A stretch of 64,000 bases of DNA from Eledone cirrhosa. Its lineage: Eukaryota. Shown here in pieces: positions 57,526 through 64,000 of this stretch. The notes under the pieces are model-generated. The model did no database searches. It saw nothing but the letters and a program-made list of their open reading frames with translations, and was not told the DNA's origin. How positions within the stretch are numbered: position 1 is the stretch's first letter; every line of letters begins with the position of its first letter. Position numbers and translations under genes: made by a program. The stretch covers positions 15,686,001 to 15,750,000 of the forward strand of contig OZ024749.1 of the NCBI GenBank assembly GCA_964016885.1, written 5' to 3'.

Positions 57526-58018
57526 CTAGCAGAAAAAACCACCCTTCGGTGCTAGCATGTGTAGTGTGTATAGTTATATTATACGCAAGTATATATACAT
57601 GTAGATATGATACGTCAAATAAAATCGTAATTGACAATATAAACAGAAATTGAACGAAAACGTTGTTATACTGTCTTATGTAATCAGTAACGTAATCCAT
57701 GATACATAAAAAAAGACGATATTATATATAAGTTTATATATAATATCGTCTTCAGGAGAAAATTAGTGACAGAAAATTAGTATGTTTATTTAAGTGATCG
57801 CCACCGGAAGTATTTGACATCACACACTCTCTCTTTCTATATATATATGGTAGTTGAAGTGGTGGTGGTGGTGGCAACGATATACCGGAAGTGCAACTTT
57901 GAAAAGAAGTCAATTTTAAATTATTTATTTTTACGAAATTATTTTTGTTTACGAAAAACGGGATAAAAAAAAATAAACCGTACGCAGTCCCGCAGACCTT
58001 CCTTTATTATAGTTTAGA
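57526..58018 (-). mobile_element. Non-autonomous Helitron-like element (copy of 48942-49425)
   Basis: Reverse-complement homology with the same TC...CTAG ends. Confidence 0.65.
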
Positions 58019-58134
58019 TTATATAGTAGATTATTTACATGTAGGCAGGTCTCTCTGGAAATAGGGGTGGGGGCGCTGAGGGTATTACATGGTCGTGTAG
58101 GTGATCCAAAAGTTTGAAAACCTTTGCTATAGAG

Positions 58135-58621
58135 CAGCGGTCACCAATCTTTCGGACTTGGCGAACCACTAAACTCATTATTTTTAAATCCCGCTGACCA
58201 CTAATATGAATTCATGGTCAAAACAATACCAAAGTGTACGTGTGTTATATTGTCCATAGATGATATATACAGCATGTCATGTGTAAGATTATTTCAAGGA
58301 TGTTAGTTCTTTACTGAGGAGAAACATTTTTAGTGGGGTTATAAAATATATTTTAACCGAATATTATTTTTGTCTTATTATTAGTTCAAATCCCGCCGAG
58401 GTTAGCTTTGCCTTTCATCCTTACGGGGGTCGATAAACTAAAGTACCAGTAATGCACTGGGATAATTGCTGGCCTTGTGCCAAAAGTTGAAACAATTATT
58501 AATAAAACAAAAATTATCTCTCGGACCACCGGTTGGTCTGCGGCCTACCGGTTAGTCTGCGGCCCACCGGTTGGTCTGCGGAGCACCGGTTGGTCTGCGG
58601 AGCACCGGTTGGCAACCGCTG
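58135..58621. mobile_element. hAT-type MITE with nested SINE and subterminal 19-bp repeats
   Basis: TIR CAGCGGTCACCAA / TTGGCAACCGCTG; 8-bp TSD CTATAGAG / ATATAGAG; CCGGTTGGTCTGCGG repeats. Confidence 0.75.
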
Positions 58622-59087
58622 ATATAGAGTGTTATGGGAGTGTGTGGCTATGTTAGTTGTTAGAATTAGAAGAAGCCTTACTATCTAAACTGATATTGTG
58701 TGACAATATCTCAGGATATTCACCTTGCTGCTGCTGATTGTCTGGTTATCTCACTACGAGTGTGTGACTATGTTAATACATATTTCAGTGTGTATGTGTG
58801 AGACCATGCTAATGCATATCTTTGTACATGTGTGTGTATGTGTGTGTGTATGTGTGAGATCATGCTAATGCATATCTTTGTACATGTGTGTGTATGTGTG
58901 TGTGTATGTGTAAGACCATGCTAATACATATCTTTGTACATGTGTGTGTATGTGTGTGTGTATGTGTAAGATCATGCTAATGCATATCTTTGTACATGTG
59001 TGTGTGTGTGTGGGACCATTTAGACACTTATCTTTGTACATGTGTGTGTATGTGTGTGAGGCCATTCTAACACATATCTATGTACAT

Positions 59088-59139
<52 letters not shown>

Positions 59140-59252
59140 ATGCTAATACATATCTTTGTACATGTGTATATGTGTGTTTGAGTGTGTGTGAGAGACCATG
59201 ATTCCATTTTCCGCTTTCTCTCACAAATCACAGAAACACGCATTCATTCGCA

Positions 59253-59324
<72 letters not shown>

Positions 59325-59408
59325 ATAATATATACACAGTATATATATATATATAGTTAAATAAGATAATAAAGACGATTGGTTACTCCTTCATTACGTT
59401 TATTGGTT

Positions 59409-59493
59409 GGTGACGCGCGTTTCGCCACTGACCAGCTCAAGGTTAGATCTGTATAGATCTGACCCGACTCTGTAAACCGTGGCTCGTCAGACC
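59409..59493 (-). ncRNA. Type I hammerhead motif with expanded stem II (60 nt)
   Basis: Minus strand: GGT-CTGACGA-GCCAC...GTGGC-GAAA-CGCGC-GTC-ACC. Palindrome ACGCGCGT; inner AGATCT hairpin. Confidence 0.8.
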
Positions 59494-59513
59494 CCTTGTA
59501 ATGTTACACTCCC

Positions 59514-59559
<46 letters not shown>

Positions 59560-59978
59560 CACACACATACTCGGCCGCCGGATACCGCACGCCCCTTCTT
59601 CCCCTACCCCCTCCGATACCTCTCCATCCAAACGCACACACACACTGACTTACACCCCACCCCATGTACACACTGGAAACTCGTTCTTCCCCAAACTCTC
59701 ACACTCACATCCACACACACACACACACACACACACACGTACACCTACACACATACACACACCACTCTCCCTATTCGGACCCCTGTGTCCTTCTCCTCCC
59801 CCTCCATCCACTTACCACCACCTCTATACGCCTCACACCCTTTCACCACTTGTTTTTATTTTAATTTGTTTTCCCTCATTTTAATTTTTTTTCCTTCCTT
59901 TTAAATTCCACCCCCATTTTAATGTCTTTCCACCACTCCCCTCACACGCTCGGAATTCTTTACCTACCCACTTTTCTC

Positions 59979-60006
59979 CTGATGAAGGGCTTATGCCCGA
60001 AACGTC
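59979..60006 (+). ncRNA. Minimal hammerhead core, stem I missing
   Basis: CTGATGA-A-GGGC-TTAT-GCCC-GAAAC-GTC. Confidence 0.6.
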
Positions 60007-60108
60007 CTCCCCCATCCCACTCTCAAGCGTGAACCTAATACCAACACTGTTCGTACTGCACTCTTCGTTATTGTTTTTTACCCCTCTCTCTTAGTGAGAG
60101 AGAGAGAG

Positions 60109-61278
60109 AGTAGTTCCACAACAGTTAATTCACCATTTCCGAGAACAATTGTTTCACCTTAGTCGGATCATCAGCTTGGTTTAAATAAGATTAAACAGGA
60201 AAATAAAAACAATTATACGAATACGCATGTGCAGAAGAAGTCACTTTCCAAAAGGGAGTCAACTCACGTAGCATCGGTGATGGAGATGACTGTGAAAACT
60301 CAGCATATAATAGATTATTCATATTATTCAGTCCAGAGCTTTGAAATTACGTAATAGGTGTTTCCAAACGTGTGGACAAGTCGAGAAAAATTCACTCTTG
60401 AATTAAGACAAGCACTATTACGAACTCTTCAGGAAATTGATTCTTTCTTCAATGCACATCCCACAAGACGGATTCCCATTCCCGTAATGCTTAGACTTAG
60501 TAATAACTTTATATTGAATGGAGTAATTCACGCCTGCATCCTTGAGGGACCATATGTGGCCCGCGAGCTTCGTGGACGTTCGTTTTTCCGGGTGTCAGAA
60601 TGTCGCCAGATGATTCAGGAAGCGTTATTTAAACCGGCCCTCCGACATACCAACATAGGATTTGACCTCTTGTTGTTGATTTTGTCGGTTAGAAGTGACT
60701 ACAGCTTCACAAATTACAGCGGGTGTGTTGCACTGTTGTTGAAGGGGACAAGCTTCTGGCCTTTATCAAGAACATCCTGGTGAGGTTCCGCTCTTAGGGC
60801 TGTTTGTGATGTGAGCCTTCATATTCTTAGCACAGGAGTTCCATAATTTCACCCTGTGTCTGTTAAAGATGGAGCGGTATTTGTGACCTATGGGGAAGTG
60901 CCTATCCAAGAGAGCTAAAAATATTTTACCTACATTAGTTTTAACGTTGAGTGTGAAGGGAGGAGGGAGAGAACCAAATTATTTTTCTATTGTTGTTGTT
61001 GGCGTTAGTAGGGGAGTTAGCAATTGGTTGCGAGAAGCCGCTGTTAGCTAACGCCGCGTTGTAATAAGGGGCCGCTCTGTCAAAGATTGTTTTATTAGAA
61101 GAGAAGTTAGAGATTCTAGTGCCGATATTTTTCACGAAGTTTCTGAAAACTGTGTGTGGGTGACATGAGTCCCTGTGATCTAACTAAGGTGAAACAATTG
61201 TTCTCGGAAATGGTGAATTAACTGTTGTGGAACTACTTCGACAATACTCGTCCCATGGACTGAGTGCTCTACTACTAC
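60109..61278 (-). mobile_element. 5'-truncated PLE with 3' HHR terminus and an inverted terminal copy at its 5' end
   Basis: Minus strand: RT thumb (RISNFSSNKTIF..YYNAALANSG..IIWFSP), GIY-YIG (SYVGMSEGRFK..NH..LAGHIWSLKD..CGMCIEE), HHR 60139-60179. 61183-61236 is the reverse complement of 60109-60161. Confidence 0.82.
60139..60179 (-). ncRNA. Minimal type I hammerhead motif
   Basis: Minus strand: CCAAG-CTGATGA-T-CC-GACTAA-GG-T-GAAA-CAATT-GTT-CTCGG. Confidence 0.7.
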
Positions 61279-61359
61279 GGATATAATATATATATAATAT
61301 AGAAATGGCTTCTACTGGACTAATACACATATATATATACTCTTTTACTTGTCTCAGCC

Positions 61360-62190
61360 AACCGACTGAGGCCACGCTGCGGCATCACCCTTGTTACCAC
61401 ACGTTCTATATCCAGCCTGCGTTGACTGGCCATTGATGTAGGAGGGAGTTTGTTGCTGCTGCCCTTGGGTTACTTTCTTTCCGTGCTGTGGGTTCATCTG
61501 GGATCCTTGATAGCAGAGTATGAAGATGTTTCTTGGAAAAATCCACGTCCACACCATGTAGATTTCTCAAATCTTTTGGCAGATAGTTGAAAATTGAGGG
61601 CCTTTGAATTCCAGGCTATTGCAATATCTACTCCTTACACTGGATTTGAACAACTGGACCTTTGGCACCACACACTGACGTCCCGTTCGGGGGTTGTTCC
61701 AACTCTCAATGCCAAAGTTTGGTGCTAGTCTCTCCGGGATGTTCTATATATATATCACTGCGTATCTCTCACACTTTCGTTCCAGGGAGTAAAGTTTTAG
61801 TTCTTTTAGCCTCTCCCAGTAGATAATCTCCATCCTGGCAATCCTCTTGGTGTAGTTTCGTTGTATTGCTTCAAGCTCCGTGGTTAGTTTGACACAGCTG
61901 GGGGCAACAGTTCAGTCGACTTAGGATAAATGTCTTCCATAGTATTAATATGATTTCTCGATCTCTTGTCCGGAAAGTCCTCAAGATCCAGCCAGCGCCA
62001 GCGAGTCGTCTGCACATTGTCGCCATTTTAATGATATGTGAATAAAACGATGCATCGTCGCTCATGTCTGCACCCAGGACTCGTATTGATATCAACACAG
62101 GGATTTCGATCTTTCTGGAAGTTTGTTGTACTGTCCTTTTTGTTAGCAGGTTCGTATTGCAGAGCTTGAAATTGTCCAGCATTAAATTGC
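61360..62190 (-). mobile_element. CR1-like LINE 3' fragment
   Basis: GWILRTFRTRDREIILILWKTFILSRLNCC and YWERLKELKLYSLERKCERYAVIY. Confidence 0.75.
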
Positions 62191-62307
62191 ATGTTGTATG
62201 GATGAGTGTATGTGTGATATATATATATATATTTGTATGGGTGTGTATGTGTTTGTGTGCCTCTGTGTATGTGTAAACTTATTTGTGATGTGATGGTGAG
62301 TGTATGC

Positions 62308-62360
<53 letters not shown>

Positions 62361-62648
62361 TATTAAAATAACAGATTAAAGTTTAAGCAAAGAATCGCTG
62401 CTTTCACTCTTAACGGGATCTTCTGAAACTAACAAAGTCAATCTGTGAACGCAGAAGTGAATATTTCAAAAAACATTGCAACCGGAGGAAGACAGGAAGA
62501 CGATACTTTGGTTCGTGGAAACGTTCCCTGGCAAAGAACGGGAAAAAACGAATATAATACGTCATTATTTGGAGCGGTGAAAAACAATTACACGCAAAGA
62601 CAGAACCACGTTTATGGTATAAAAGAAGTCGTATATATAAAAGAAGTC

Positions 62649-62693
<45 letters not shown>

Positions 62694-62696
<3 letters not shown>

Positions 62697-64000
62697 AGAT
62701 CAAAAGATGGTTAAAAGACTTCCATGTATTTTATTATGCGCATTTCAAAAACAAATATCATCATGCAATAACATTTGATAAAATAGGAAGACATGATATG
62801 AAGGTTAAAAACACTTGTGAATAGTGCAGTTTTAAATCAACATATGAAAAGTAGTTTTAGATTGATGTGTGATATTGGGAAAAAAGATTTTTTGAGGGGG
62901 TTGGGTTGGAAAGGATGAAAAAGAGGAGCAGATGAGAGTAAAAAGTGGAGGGGGAGGAGTATAATGAGGAAGGATGAGATAGGAGGAGAGATGGGTGATA
63001 GAGAGAGAGAGAGATAGCTTTTATAACTGAGAAAAATATATTGTTTTACATAGAGAGGTTGAAAAACCGTTGGAAGATAATATATAAATTAAAAGAATTT
63101 GAAAATTAATGAAGAGAAAAATAATGTTAAGTTAAGGTGTGTATATTGAAGGGTTTAATAATATGTGCGTTGAAAAGAAATTGTTAATATGTATTAAGAA
63201 TAATATTTAAAGGTTTAATAATATGTGCGATGGAAAGAAAATGTTGATATGTATTATTAAAAAAAGCAATAGTAATGTAAGTAAGGATATATTGTGAAAG
63301 AAGTAGAAGATAGGATGAATAAGTTAGATGAAAGGGAGAAAAAATAATGAATAAAAAAATGTTTATGTTTACGAAGGATTTTTTTCAAGGTGATAATGTA
63401 AGAATATATTGTACTGTGTAATAATTGTTTCTATGTTAGGCACAATGAGAAAAGGTACAGATTAGGGGTTAGAAATTAAAAGAAAAAGGAAAGAAAAGGA
63501 AAAGGAAGAAAGGGAAGTGATAAATAGGAGTGATATAGAATGAGTAACTAGTATTATATAATGTATAATAAATAACTTTGAAATAAGGTAGAAAGATGGG
63601 TATATTTTTAAAGAAGTATATAAATAAGTGCCTTTGAGAAAAGGATTTTAAATTGATAAAGTATTAGATATTAGCTGTATACTTTATGGAATGTTCTGTG
63701 GAATGTATGCAAGCAGAGAGAAAACAAGTCAGTGCGTCTATTTATTATAGAATCTAAATTAGATATAATGGTAAATTTTTCATTTAAACAGAGATTGCAA
63801 GTCTTGGATAGAGAACTGTTCAAGTATGGAAAAGCAGAAGAAACCTTTTTCCAAGAGATGTTATATTTAATATTTTTGTCTTTCAAGGACCATATGAGTT
63901 CTGAGAGTGCCGTGTTGGTTCTTTTAAGTTGGTATTTAAAAGACGAATGATGATTATAAAGACGAGCTTTAAAGGAGGTGGAAGTGGAGCCAAAATAGGT
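62694..64000 (-). mobile_element. PLE 3' end: GIY-YIG C-terminus and 3' UTR
   Basis: YFGSTSTSFKARLYNH..LSELIWSLKD..YNISWK..CNLCLNEK..INRRTD..CLH, stop at 63671. The terminus at about 62694 matches the 8119-8173 hairpin. Confidence 0.82.

Noticed and set aside
60358-60783. 141-aa plus-strand ORF
   Set aside because: Antisense to the PLE GIY-YIG region.
62730-62770. ATGATGA...GAAATGCGCATA at the PLE 3' end (minus strand), and similar remnants at about 10600 and 38190
   Set aside because: Too degenerate (core and stems broken) to call individually.

Overview
Eukaryotic, gene-poor, (TA)n-microsatellite-rich animal DNA. The repeat content is consistent with a cephalopod (Octopus-like) genome; that assignment is inferred. 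No clear host protein-coding gene is present, and nearly all long ORFs in the track are microsatellite artefacts. The real content is mobile DNA: several Penelope-like element (PLE) RT and GIY-YIG fragments, an RTE-clade LINE, CR1 and RTE 3' fragments, a Tc1-type transposon with IR/DR ends, tRNA-derived SINEs, Helitron-like and hAT-like non-autonomous elements, and minisatellites. The most notable hidden signal, found by reading by eye, is a very dense and diverse set of type I hammerhead ribozyme (HHR) motifs: about 14 well-formed and about 8 degenerate in 64 kb. Many have a palindromic stem III, a non-Watson-Crick pair at the base of stem II, and stem II expanded to 60-115 nt. They sit in short non-coding modules inside (TA)n tracts, often as fold-back (inverted) duplications. 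One ~437-bp non-coding HHR monomer with an octamer motif is arranged tandem-plus-inverted (47545-48630) and looks like a retrozyme. A possible captured BACK-like exon lies in a ~2.5-kb composite element at about 45.0-47.5 kb.
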